Assembly (NCBI GenBank): GCA_041601415.1
Contig: JBFIID010000001.1
Span: 1 to 36,245 of the forward strand
DNA: 36,245 nucleotides
Direction of reading: 5' to 3'
Source of the DNA: Gammaproteobacteria bacterium
GTDB lineage: Bacteria > Pseudomonadota > Gammaproteobacteria > JBFIID01
Below are positions 9,858-18,980 of the stretch, in pieces; within the stretch, counting starts at the first letter, position 1; every line of letters starts with the position of its first letter. The position numbers and the translations under genes are program-made. A model generated the notes under the pieces. That model had not been told where the DNA came from. It searched no databases and saw only the letters and a program-made list of their open reading frames with translations.

Positions 9858-10442
9858 CTAAAACTTTTCCGGGTATCTGGCGGTCACGCCCTCGAATTCC
9901 GCCTGTATTTTCGGCAGGTCCTGCTGTAGATCACCACTGGGCTGAAACAGCGGGCCAATGGTAATGCTTTTCTTCGCGTAGTCCAGTTTTGCCAACAGAA
10001 TCGGCAGGCCTGCGCCGTGCGCAATATGATAAAAACCTGTTTTCCACTCTGGCACTTTCTTGCGCGTACCTTCTGGCGGTATGGCCAGAATTATCTGTTC
10101 ATGGGCATGCAATTGTCCGATCATCTGTTCTACCGTGCCCTGCGGTGAACGGCGATCAATCGCGATCCCCCCCAGCCAGCGCATCAAACCGCCGACAGGC
10201 CAGCTAAACAGCGTGTGTTTACCCATCCAGTAGATGCGGAAACCAATCGCGTACATGGCGCATATCCCCAGCGGGAAATCCCAGTTGGAGGTATGTGGCG
10301 CAGCGATGATCACAAACTTGGGAAGATTCGGAATTTCCCCCTGCACTCTCCAGCCGACAAGTTGCAATCCTGCTATACCCAACCAGCGGGTGCAACGATT
10401 GCCTCGTGCCGGAACGTGTTCACCAATCGTCGGTACCTGCAT
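9858..10442 (-). CDS. Lysophospholipid (1-acyl-sn-glycerol-3-phosphate type) acyltransferase family protein
   Basis: HX4D motif (HTSNWD) and a PEGTR block (IPPEGTRKK). It lies 10 nt upstream of ttcA on the same strand. Confidence 0.75.
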   Translation of the reverse strand: MQVPTIGEHVPARGNRCTRWLGIAGLQLVGWRVQGEIPNLPKFVIIAAPHTSNWDFPLGICAMYAIGFRIYWMGKHTLFSWPVGGLMRWLGGIAIDRRSPQGTVEQMIGQLHAHEQIILAIPPEGTRKKVPEWKTGFYHIAHGAGLPILLAKLDYAKKSITIGPLFQPSGDLQQDLPKIQAEFEGVTARYPEKF

Positions 10443-10447
10443 ATCGA

Positions 10448-10825
10448 CTAGAAGCTCTTCGCACCGCAGGGATAGCGCTGATGTAGTATTTCACTCACCA
10501 CGGCATAGCCATCATCCGCCGCCCGTTCAGGCATTTTCTGTAGTTGCTGAAGGATCGTCTGACGCACTTCGTCGAGGGTAATGACCTGCGGGTTAATACA
10601 GAACAGGGATGGTCCCTCACCTGCTTCCTGCATCGCCGTTACCGTCTGTACCAGGGTCACAATAAACGTATTACAGAAACTGGCTGCGGCTTCGGCCTGA
10701 CAGGCCTCGGCAAGTTCACCCGCACTGATGACCTCCTCCTCCGGCTGTTGTGCAGAAAGATTACTGCCAAGCAGCAGACCAAGGCCAAGCATTACAATCA
10801 ACAATCTAGGCATGAATTTCCTCAC
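10448..10825 (-). CDS. Secreted four-Cys protein, Rap1a/Tai4-like immunity-protein fold (tentative)
   Basis: Signal peptide MRKFMPRLLIVMLGLGLLLGSNLSA. The Cys spacing and context (ELAEAC...FCNTF...LFCINPQVITLDEV...MPER...RYPC) match my recollection of the Rap1a family pattern. It ends 5 nt upstream of the acyltransferase start. Confidence 0.4.
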   Translation of the reverse strand: MRKFMPRLLIVMLGLGLLLGSNLSAQQPEEEVISAGELAEACQAEAAASFCNTFIVTLVQTVTAMQEAGEGPSLFCINPQVITLDEVRQTILQQLQKMPERAADDGYAVVSEILHQRYPCGAKSF

Positions 10826-10964
10826 AATAAAGACAGTGGTGTTCAGGGTTTAAGGCTGTACATCAATCTGCACAGCAGTGAGAATATACCCCATCAGGTA
10901 GCGGATTACATGACGTGCCTGTGCCTGTATTCAACGCCCAGGAAAGCGATTAGACCGTATTCTG

Positions 10965-11429
10965 ATGTCCATGATCGATAAAATTCAGCTCGTCCCGGCA
11001 CGCCTGTCAGAGGCGGGTATTATGGCGACCCTGTCTCGCGATCTGGTTGAGCAGGGTATGGATGACTGGAGCTGGACACACAAACGCGTGCTGAAAAACC
11101 TCAAACACCCCGATGTTGCCGGCGTCACCGCACGCGAAGGCAAAGCGATCGCCGGCTTTACCATCATGCACTTTTCTGAGCAAACCGCGCATCTCAACCT
11201 GCTCGCGGTCTACCCAGTCTATCAACGCTGCGGGGTTGGTCGCGCATTGATGGAATGGCATGAAGAAACGGCTCGGACGGCCGGTATTCGACGTATTGAC
11301 CTGGAAGTCCGTGAAGCAAACATGAACGCACGTCGCTTCTACCGCAGGCTCGGTTATCAGGAAAAACGTTTGATTGAGACCTATTACTGTAACGGTGAAT
11401 CCGCCGTCACCATGGTCAAAATTCTCTGA
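10965..11429 (+). CDS. GNAT-family N-acetyltransferase (RimI-like)
   Basis: Acetyl-CoA binding motif QRCGVGRALM, a downstream NMNARRFYRRLGY segment, and a length of 154 aa. Confidence 0.8.
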   Translation: MSMIDKIQLVPARLSEAGIMATLSRDLVEQGMDDWSWTHKRVLKNLKHPDVAGVTAREGKAIAGFTIMHFSEQTAHLNLLAVYPVYQRCGVGRALMEWHEETARTAGIRRIDLEVREANMNARRFYRRLGYQEKRLIETYYCNGESAVTMVKIL

Positions 11430-11471
11430 ATCCCCACTCTCTGTGCCACTTAGCATGCAGACCTGCCTGGC

Positions 11472-12551
11472 ATGAACCCACAGCGTAAAATCATCCACAT
11501 CGACATGGACGCTTTCTATGCCTCCGTGGAGCAGCGTGATCGCCCCGAGCTGCGTGGTAGACCCGTCATCGTAGGTGGTCAGCCAAACACGCGGGGCGTG
11601 GTAGCGGCCTGTAGTTACGAGGCACGTCGCTATGGAATTCATTCCGCGATGCCTTCTTCACGCGCGTCACGCCTGTGTCCTGAGGCGGTCTTCATTCCAC
11701 CACGTTTCCCCGCCTATCGTGAGGTCTCGCAACAGATTAACGCGGTTTTCAAACGCTATACCGCACTGGTCGAACCGCTGTCGCTGGATGAGGCCTATCT
11801 GGATGTCAGTCAGGCGCCTGACTTCAGGGGTTCTGCCACACTCATCGCACGCGCCATCAAGCAACAGATTCAAACCGAGACCGGCCTCACAGCATCGGCT
11901 GGGGTTTCCTATAACAAGTTTCTGGCCAAAATGGCATCGGATATGGACAAGCCAGACGGGCTCACCTTAATTACGCCGACAGAGGGACTGGCCTTTATTC
12001 AGCAGCTCCCGATCGGCAAGTTTTACGGCATAGGTCGAGCGACCGAAAAAAAGATGCTGGCTCTGGGCATCACGAATGGTGCGGATCTGGCGCTCTGGAC
12101 AGAACAGGATCTGATTGAGCGCTTTGGTAAGGCCGGTCATTATTACTTCAATGTGGCACAGGGGGTTGATGAAAGGCCGGTCAGAAATCATCGGCAACGA
12201 AAATCTCTGGGTAAGGAACTAACCTATCAGCAGGATCTACTGGATCATGCCGCCATCCGTACTGCGCTCTTCGAGATAGCGGAACAATTGGGGCGTGCGA
12301 TGCAGGCGAAGAAGTTGTCCGGGCGTACCCTCACAATCAAGTTAAAATACGATAACTTTCAACAGATCACGCGCAGCAAAACCACAGAAACCAGTATTGC
12401 CGGCAGTGATGAGATGCTGCCGCTGATTGATGAGCTATTGCTGAAAACGGAGGTCGGCCAGCGCAAAATCAGACTCCTCGGCGTGACTCTTTCCGGTCTG
12501 GATAATGCCAAACCCAGCGAAACAGCTGATCAACTCGGGCTGTTTCGCTGA
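11472..12551 (+). CDS. dinB: DNA polymerase IV (Y-family)
   Basis: N-terminus KIIHIDMDAFYASVEQRD, SLDEAYLDV, and little-finger region. The length (359 aa) is typical of DinB. Confidence 0.92.
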   Translation: MNPQRKIIHIDMDAFYASVEQRDRPELRGRPVIVGGQPNTRGVVAACSYEARRYGIHSAMPSSRASRLCPEAVFIPPRFPAYREVSQQINAVFKRYTALVEPLSLDEAYLDVSQAPDFRGSATLIARAIKQQIQTETGLTASAGVSYNKFLAKMASDMDKPDGLTLITPTEGLAFIQQLPIGKFYGIGRATEKKMLALGITNGADLALWTEQDLIERFGKAGHYYFNVAQGVDERPVRNHRQRKSLGKELTYQQDLLDHAAIRTALFEIAEQLGRAMQAKKLSGRTLTIKLKYDNFQQITRSKTTETSIAGSDEMLPLIDELLLKTEVGQRKIRLLGVTLSGLDNAKPSETADQLGLFR

Positions 12552-12568
12552 GCTAACGCATAGACCAA

Positions 12569-15457
12569 TCAGGTCCCTGTTGGCGCAATACGCGGATATA
12601 CCTCATGTCCCTCGCGTACCTGCTCTGCCGACTCGATGGTTTTCAGGTTCTCGATACTTATCCTGTTATCGGTCTTGAAGCGGGTACCCGTGGTATTAAT
12701 CATCAGGCGTCGACTGTCATCGCTCAGCAACAACTCCCGGTAGGCCTGTTGCACATCTTTCGCACTTAGCGCACGTATTTCAGTTGCAAGTTGTTCACGT
12801 GAATCGAAGTCTTCATACTGCATATCGATCTCATTCCAGTAACGCCCGGTACGTTGCTGCAGGTTTTTCTCTTCTTCCAGCAAACGTGTCAATACGGCCT
12901 GTCGGTGTTCTTCAAACTCCTTCGCTGACATCTCCTGCATGGTCTTGCTAAAGCCCTGTAGAAAATCTGTTACATGACCATGCAGGGTTGCCGGATCGGC
13001 CACCGGTGACTGGATCAGGAACATAACACCTGGAACCTCAAGCAATGACACGGGGTTGCTGAAAACGATATAGCCCAGTTGCTTTTCAGTGCGCAGGTCA
13101 CTGTAGAAAGGTGCATCCAGAATCTGGGTGAGCAGACTGATTGTGGCGCGGTTACGAAGATTTCTATCTGCGGCCTGCAGATACAGGGTATAGACGGAAT
13201 CAGGATGATCAATGGCCAGATCGCGCAACAGGTTCTCACCGGCTTTCAGCTTCACCACGTTGCCGTCATTCACGCTTGTCGGTTTGCTGTTGGCAAGTAG
13301 CTCAGCGTTCAGAATGTCGACTAACTCTAGTGTCTCATTGGCCAGCGCATTGCCATGCGAGAGTGCCACCACATCCAGTTTACCGAGGAGTTGTGGTACA
13401 AAATCACGCAAATCCTGTGCAGAAATGACTTTCAGGGCCTGTAGTTGTTGTGCCTCAGTCCAGTGTGGCTGTAGTAACAGTTTGCCAATCTCGGCGTAGG
13501 CCTGATGATAGGGACGCTTGCGTTTATAGTTTTCCAGCTCACGTTGCATATCTTCCCTGATCAGGGCAAATCGTTCATCACTGAACTGTGGTGAACTCAG
13601 CGTGCCCACGATTTTTTTCAGCAGCACTGTCTGTTTGTCATTGAAGCCGGAGATACGCACACCAATGCCACGGATGTGTGAATAAATCGAATAATTAAGC
13701 CCTGCCAGCTTTGCCTGATAGCCATATTCATTTAGTTGATCGGTCACCAGTCTACTGTACAGTTCGGTCTTCACCCTGTTCGCCAGTGAGGCATTGGCTG
13801 CTGGTGAGCGCAGTGAAAAATAAAAGTCCGCTTTCGGTAATTTAAAACTGTCGTCCTGCTGGTGCCAGACAGTGAGGCCATCGCGACTAAGGATCCGCTG
13901 GGGTTTATCCTGCTGCCCGGTTACAGTTTTAAGCGACAGGTCCTCAGCGATAAGATCGTTCGGCTCAGGCAATTTCAGTGCGGCGTCGACCTGTGTTGTG
14001 CTCCAACGCTGCAGCTGAGCCGTTGTGATTGGGCGCAGGCTGTAATCGGCGTCATACCAGGGATCTTTTTTATCGGTTTCCAGCCCCTGCGACATGACAC
14101 TCAGCAACATGCCTTCCGGACGCATGGACTGCATGAAGCGCTGAATCAGCTCTGCATCAAACTTATCATAGAGGTAGGCCGAGCGAATCAGATCGGAGGC
14201 AGGATAGACGTGCATATGGCTGGAAAGGCTGCTTACATAATGGATCGGCTGACTCTTTTCCAGAAAGCGAAATTCCATTTCTGCAATCTTCGCCACTTCA
14301 TCAAAACTCCAGGCTTTTATGCCCTGCTCACGGATCAACTTCAGATATTGAAAGCTATGCTCAACGATATCATCCACGTGCTGTAAACCTTCATTGGTGA
14401 GCTTGACCGTAATCGAGAACAGGGACTGGCTGGTTGTATCCATCGACAAACCGGCACTCAGCCCATCACTCCAGCCCTTATTCTTGAGTAGCGATAGCAG
14501 GCTACCAGGCCCTTCATGGCCCAGGAGATGACCGATATAGCTGGCAGGTTTGGTATGGTAGTGAGGACGGCTCGCGGGCATCTGGAACATCATCTGCAGC
14601 ATGCGCTCATCCTTTAACGGAATCATGTTGAGGCGAACCGGGGTTTGAGCCTCGGACAGTATTGGCTGCGGATATGTTTTGCGCTGGATGTTGCGATCCG
14701 CGATGGCGGAAAACTTTTCCGTTGCCCACTGTTTCAACTGTTCGAGTGACTCATGTCCCAGAATCACCAACGCCATCTGATTCGCGGAATAATGTGCCTG
14801 ATAGAACTTGAGCAGTTCATCACGCACCGTACTGCCTTCTCGATCGGCCAGGGTATCCAGGCTGCCAACTGAGAAATTTGAAAAAGGGTGTGCCGGGTTG
14901 ACAGCCTGTTTCAGGACTGAGTAGGCACGACGCCCATCATCCTTAAGCTTCGCCTGATATTCAGAATGCACGGCATTTTTTTCACGTGATACATATTCCG
15001 CTGTGAACAGTGGTGCCACAAAGAACTGGCTAAATCGATCTAGCGCTGGCTCCAGTGAGTCTTTATCCACATCAAAGAAATAGTTTGTGTGCTCAAACGA
15101 AGTATAGGCGTTGTGACTGCCACCGCGGGCACTGATATAGGCCTGATATTCACCGGCTTCAGGATACTTTTCGGTACCCAGAAACAACATGTGTTCCAGG
15201 AAATGGGCCAGTCCCTCACGGCCTTCAGGGTCATCCCGACTGCCTGCGTAGACATCCAGTGATGCCGCAGCCTTGTCTGTAGCCGGATCCGAAATCAACA
15301 ACACCTTGAGTCGATTGGGTAATTCCAGGTATTCATACTGCCGCTGGTCATTCGGGCTGGTAACGACCTGTTCCGCATTTACAGAAAAGCAGGCCAGGCA
15401 CAGTGCCTGTAGCAAGAGGGTAGATATCAGCCGCTGGGCGGCCAGGCGGAAATTCAT
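12569..15457 (-). CDS. ptrA: Periplasmic M16-family zinc metalloprotease (pitrilysin / protease III-like)
   Basis: Signal peptide, inverted zinc motif HXXEH (GLAHFLEHMLFLGT) and a downstream EHTNY glutamate. At 962 aa it is the same length as E. coli PtrA. Confidence 0.8.
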   Translation of the reverse strand: MNFRLAAQRLISTLLLQALCLACFSVNAEQVVTSPNDQRQYEYLELPNRLKVLLISDPATDKAAASLDVYAGSRDDPEGREGLAHFLEHMLFLGTEKYPEAGEYQAYISARGGSHNAYTSFEHTNYFFDVDKDSLEPALDRFSQFFVAPLFTAEYVSREKNAVHSEYQAKLKDDGRRAYSVLKQAVNPAHPFSNFSVGSLDTLADREGSTVRDELLKFYQAHYSANQMALVILGHESLEQLKQWATEKFSAIADRNIQRKTYPQPILSEAQTPVRLNMIPLKDERMLQMMFQMPASRPHYHTKPASYIGHLLGHEGPGSLLSLLKNKGWSDGLSAGLSMDTTSQSLFSITVKLTNEGLQHVDDIVEHSFQYLKLIREQGIKAWSFDEVAKIAEMEFRFLEKSQPIHYVSSLSSHMHVYPASDLIRSAYLYDKFDAELIQRFMQSMRPEGMLLSVMSQGLETDKKDPWYDADYSLRPITTAQLQRWSTTQVDAALKLPEPNDLIAEDLSLKTVTGQQDKPQRILSRDGLTVWHQQDDSFKLPKADFYFSLRSPAANASLANRVKTELYSRLVTDQLNEYGYQAKLAGLNYSIYSHIRGIGVRISGFNDKQTVLLKKIVGTLSSPQFSDERFALIREDMQRELENYKRKRPYHQAYAEIGKLLLQPHWTEAQQLQALKVISAQDLRDFVPQLLGKLDVVALSHGNALANETLELVDILNAELLANSKPTSVNDGNVVKLKAGENLLRDLAIDHPDSVYTLYLQAADRNLRNRATISLLTQILDAPFYSDLRTEKQLGYIVFSNPVSLLEVPGVMFLIQSPVADPATLHGHVTDFLQGFSKTMQEMSAKEFEEHRQAVLTRLLEEEKNLQQRTGRYWNEIDMQYEDFDSREQLATEIRALSAKDVQQAYRELLLSDDSRRLMINTTGTRFKTDNRISIENLKTIESAEQVREGHEVYPRIAPTGT

Positions 15458-15634
15458 TCAGCCAACTCCTTAAGAATAAAAGACTAATCTGTGACAGTCT
15501 GAAACTGTCGGGGTTCACAGGATGGCATTATAGAGGCTTATTACTGTCATTTTGTGGTGTGTGTTCAGTTTTTGTTCAGTCTGGATGGGCTAACCTCTCT
15601 TACAAGTCCACATCTGGATAGATTCTGACGGAGA

Positions 15635-16015
15635 ATGGAAATGAACAGACAACTCAGTAAACTTCTCGCGGCGGCAATACTGTCACCCATCCTGTTATTT
15701 GCCGCTCCCGCGCAGGTACTGGCGGAAATCTCCCTGTACTACAACTCTGGTGGAGGCCTTAATAAGTATTACAGGCAACACACGCCCTATCGGAACTCAC
15801 ACAAAGCCTACACCTATTCAAAACCTTATTATGGCTATGGGTATTATAATCAACCCCGCTACGGGTATTACGCATCACGTCCGCACCTGCAGCGTAAGTA
15901 TGACGACCACCGCCAGCATAAATACGACCGCCACCGCAACCATCACAGGCATGAGCGTCAACATCGAAACCGCAATGATCAGTATCGCAAAAAATTTCGC
16001 CACTACCGTGATTGA
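15635..16015 (+). CDS. Secreted Tyr/His/Arg-rich low-complexity protein (hypothetical)
   Basis: Signal peptide (LSKLLAAAILSPILLFAAPAQVLA) followed by about 95 residues with no hydrophobic core (YYGYGYYNQPRYGYY...HRQHKYDRHRNHHRHERQHRNRN). The real start is probably the second ATG at 15641, with GGAGA 7 nt upstream. Confidence 0.55.
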   Translation: MEMNRQLSKLLAAAILSPILLFAAPAQVLAEISLYYNSGGGLNKYYRQHTPYRNSHKAYTYSKPYYGYGYYNQPRYGYYASRPHLQRKYDDHRQHKYDRHRNHHRHERQHRNRNDQYRKKFRHYRD

Positions 16016-16094
16016 TCCGGTGACTTGATGACGAACGTAGATCAGCTACTATGGGTGCATGACTGAACATCTACTCGACCTCAGGTAGAGCTCT

Positions 16095-16592
16095 ATGGAT
16101 AAGCAACGTCTGGAATTGTTACAGGGCATGCCCGTGTTTGGTGGCATTGATGAAAGTATTCTGCAGTCACTGGTTGATATGAGTGACACCGTAGAGGTAC
16201 CAGCAGGAAGCTTTTTCTTTCATGAGGGCGATGAAGAGCATTCCATGTATGTGCTGGAATCAGGCGAAGTCATTGTGCTTAAAAACTGGGAGGGACAGCA
16301 GTATTTTCTATCGCGGCTATCGCGTGGGGACTGTCTCGGAGAAATGGCAATGATTGACCTCGACCGACGTGCTGGATCGGTACTCGCCGTAAAGGATTGC
16401 AGCGCTCTGGTCATCACCACCGACCACCTGCACGAAATCTATCAACGTGATGTCACCCAGTTCGCAATGATTCAGATGAATCTGAGCCGTGAATTATCCC
16501 GGCGATTACGCAAGGCCGATGAACGGATTTTTCTACCCCGTATCCGCGCGGTTAGCGTCGGTGGCGGTTATGAATTCATCTCCGAGGTCTAA
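16095..16592 (+). CDS. Stand-alone cyclic-nucleotide-binding (CNB) domain protein
   Basis: CNB beta-barrel with a phosphate-binding cassette (GDCLGEMAMIDLDRRAGSVLA). I see no HTH or other output domain in its 165 aa. Confidence 0.75.
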   Translation: MDKQRLELLQGMPVFGGIDESILQSLVDMSDTVEVPAGSFFFHEGDEEHSMYVLESGEVIVLKNWEGQQYFLSRLSRGDCLGEMAMIDLDRRAGSVLAVKDCSALVITTDHLHEIYQRDVTQFAMIQMNLSRELSRRLRKADERIFLPRIRAVSVGGGYEFISEV

Positions 16593-16598
16593 CTTCCA

Positions 16599-18416
16599 TT
16601 AGTGCTGCAGGTGTCCATACAGACGCTGATACAGTCCCCCGTTCTCAATCAACTCATCGTGCTGGCCTTCTTCGATGATGGAACCTCCGTCAAATACGTA
16701 AACACGATCGGCCTGTTTAACCGCACTTAAACGATGGGCAATGATCAGCGTTGTACGATCCTTTAGAAATTCTGCCATCGCCTGATGCAACAGCACTTCG
16801 GTCTCGGTATCCAGAGATGAGGTTGCCTCATCCAGAATCACGACTTTTGGATCCGCCAGGATCATTCGCGCTATCGCGAGACGTTGACGCTGTCCCCCCG
16901 AAAGGCGGATTCCCGTATTGCCAATCACGGTATCCAGCTTACCTGGCATCGCTTCTACCGTGCTTTTCAACTGCGCAACCTCAAGTACATTCCAGAGTTC
17001 CTGATCAGATAGCGTCGTCCCAAGCGTCAGATTATTCCTCACCGTGTCGTTAAACATCGCCGGATGCTGTAATACCGTGGCAACATGTTCACGCACCACA
17101 TCCATACCGATTTCGGTAACCGGCACATCATCAAAATAGATTTGACCGGAGTGTGGCGTATACATCCCCAGTATTATCTGCACCATGGTTGATTTTCCAC
17201 CTCCACTGGCGCCAACCAGAGCGACTTTTTCACGTGCGCCAATATCGAGGTTTATGTTATCCAGTACCGTTGGGTTATCACCATAGGCAAAGCTAATATC
17301 CCTCAGCTTCACAGAGACCGTAGTTGCCTTGTCGAAAGGGTTTTTCAGATGTGGATACTGCGGTTCCTGCTGCAGAGCCAGTAAACGATTTAAACGCGCC
17401 ATCGCTGCGCGTGCGGCAAAATAGGCGTATTGAATATTCAGGATTTCCTGTACCGGGCCCATCATGAACCACAGATAGCCAAATACCGCCATCATGCGAC
17501 CAACCGATAGATCCGAATACACTACCATGAGCATACTTATCGCCCGAAACACATCAAAACCAAATAAAAATACGGCAAATGAGAGGCGCCCAGCGGCGTC
17601 AGATTTCCAGGAAAAGTTACTCGAGTGGGTGCGAATATCACTGGCGGTATCGATGACTCGATTCAGGTAATGTTTCTCACGGTTGCTGGCGCGTATTTGC
17701 TGGATCGAATCCAGTGTTTCTGTGAGGCATTGCTGAAAAATCTCAAACGCAGAATTCTCTTTTTTCTTTAATTCTTTAACGCGCTTCCCCATGACCATGG
17801 TGAGATAGATCACAACCGGGTTCATTAACAAAATAAATAATGCCAGTTGCCAATGCATCCATAGCAGGATGATGCTGACGCCGATCAGAGTGAGTGAGGC
17901 GACCAGAAATTTACTTAACGTAGCGCCGACGAAGCTATCAACGGCATTCAGATCGGTCACAAAATGAGAGGCCACTGCACCACTGCCAACCACTTCATAC
18001 TCCGCCATGGAAATCCGCTCCAGGCGCGCAAGTAACTCACAACGAATACGATAGACCACATCTTTCGCAACCAGGGTGAATTTCTGCATCTGCCAGACCC
18101 CCAGAAACAGTGCGATCAGGCGTAACACCACCGTGATCAGAAGTATCGCCGAGAGATAGAGAACGGGGCCATGCCAATCTGCCGGAAATAATGCATTGAG
18201 ACTGGCGACAAGGGTACCCGGCTGGTTCAGCAGGACTTCGTCGACCAGCAGTGGCATCAGTAAAGGGATTGGGACACTGGCGATGGTTGCCAGAATGGCG
18301 ACCAGGTGGGCCGCGATTAAAGAGTGTTTATGTTCGCGTGCAATTCCAAGTACGTAGGCCCAGTCATACCCCTTTGCGGGTGGTGGGCGCCTTGTATTAC
18401 TACTGGTCATGATCAA
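16599..18416 (-). CDS. ABC exporter, fused permease-ATPase (type I exporter, MsbA/ABCB-like half transporter)
   Basis: Six-helix N-terminal TMD, Walker A GASGGGKST, signature LSGGQRQR and Walker B VVILDEATS. Length 605 aa. Confidence 0.88.
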   Translation of the reverse strand: MIMTSSNTRRPPPAKGYDWAYVLGIAREHKHSLIAAHLVAILATIASVPIPLLMPLLVDEVLLNQPGTLVASLNALFPADWHGPVLYLSAILLITVVLRLIALFLGVWQMQKFTLVAKDVVYRIRCELLARLERISMAEYEVVGSGAVASHFVTDLNAVDSFVGATLSKFLVASLTLIGVSIILLWMHWQLALFILLMNPVVIYLTMVMGKRVKELKKKENSAFEIFQQCLTETLDSIQQIRASNREKHYLNRVIDTASDIRTHSSNFSWKSDAAGRLSFAVFLFGFDVFRAISMLMVVYSDLSVGRMMAVFGYLWFMMGPVQEILNIQYAYFAARAAMARLNRLLALQQEPQYPHLKNPFDKATTVSVKLRDISFAYGDNPTVLDNINLDIGAREKVALVGASGGGKSTMVQIILGMYTPHSGQIYFDDVPVTEIGMDVVREHVATVLQHPAMFNDTVRNNLTLGTTLSDQELWNVLEVAQLKSTVEAMPGKLDTVIGNTGIRLSGGQRQRLAIARMILADPKVVILDEATSSLDTETEVLLHQAMAEFLKDRTTLIIAHRLSAVKQADRVYVFDGGSIIEEGQHDELIENGGLYQRLYGHLQH

Positions 18417-18451
18417 TAGCGTTCAAATAAACAGACTGATTTGAACGTTGC

Positions 18452-18640
18452 TTATTTATCTTTCAGCTTATATTCCAACAATTCGATGGCCATATTGGGC
18501 ACTTCTTTATGATGGTGTGACTCACGCGGTAATAACCACTCATCGACTTCACCTCGATCGACACTCAGGAGTTCTGCGACTTCACGCCTTTCCAGATGGT
18601 GATCAATCATCAAATCCATTAGCCGCTCACGATTATTCAT
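18452..18640 (-). CDS. Small protein (62 aa), possibly XRE/MqsA-like HTH
   Basis: An internal ATG at 18640 is preceded by a strong SD (AAGGGGAG, 7-nt spacing). It lies 13 nt downstream of the bolA stop. The sequence REVAELLSVDRGEVDEWLLP...PNMAIELLEYKL resembles short HTH proteins. The longer track ORF (to 18769) would overlap bolA. Confidence 0.5.
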   Translation of the reverse strand: MNNRERLMDLMIDHHLERREVAELLSVDRGEVDEWLLPRESHHHKEVPNMAIELLEYKLKDK

Positions 18641-18653
18641 AGCTACTCCCCTT

Positions 18654-18974
18654 TTATTTCTCTGGACTACTGCCACCCATACAGGCAGGTGAAGTGGTAG
18701 CACCGGCCTGCTTACCCTGCCATTCCTGCTGCGTAAACGTGTGCAGGGCGAGTGCGTGAATACCACCACTCATCTGTGAAGCCAGCAATTTGTAAATCGT
18801 TTGATGGCGCTTTACCAGACTCATACCCTGAAAATCATCGGACACAACCACAAGCTTAAAATGACTCTCTGAGCCTGGCGGTACATTATGCTGATGGCTC
18901 TCATTCTCGACCTCCAGATGTGAGATGTTAATGGACGCTTTAATTGTGTTCTGGATCGTTTCCTGAATGCTCAT
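18654..18974 (-). CDS. bolA: BolA-family protein (stress morphogene / Fe-S associated regulator)
   Basis: Near-collinear with E. coli BolA as I recall it: HLEVENESHQHNVPPGSESHFKLVVVSDDFQG...KRHQTIYKLL...IHALALHTFTQQEW...SPAC. Confidence 0.88.
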   Translation of the reverse strand: MSIQETIQNTIKASINISHLEVENESHQHNVPPGSESHFKLVVVSDDFQGMSLVKRHQTIYKLLASQMSGGIHALALHTFTQQEWQGKQAGATTSPACMGGSSPEK

Positions 18975-18980
18975 GGGTTA

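Noticed and set aside
11430-11471. I looked for a LexA (SOS) box CTGT-N8-ACAG upstream of dinB. The nearest candidate is CTGTGCCACTTAGCAT.
   Set aside because: Only the first half-site matches (GCAT against ACAG). I saw no acceptable box in the preceding 150 nt either, so no SOS operator is claimed.
11007-11642. A 211-aa minus-strand ORF spanning the GNAT gene, the intergenic gap and the dinB start.
   Set aside because: It would overlap two plus-strand genes that have unmistakable family motifs (QRCGVGRALM, and IHIDMDAFYASVEQRD). Its own sequence has no recognisable features.
15699-16070. Alternative-frame ORFs (109 aa on the plus strand, 103 aa on the minus strand) overlapping the Tyr/His/Arg-rich gene.
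   Set aside because: Only the 15635/15641 frame has an SD and a signal peptide. The others are open because of the biased TAC/CAC/CGC composition. I still flag in the findings that expression of the chosen frame needs verification.
18641-18769. The N-terminal 43-codon extension of the small ORF (the track version runs 18452-18769), which would overlap bolA by 116 nt.
   Set aside because: The internal ATG at 18640 has an excellent SD (AAGGGGAG) and lies just after the bolA stop. The extension is Arg/Pro/Val-rich read-through of the bolA 3' end in another frame.
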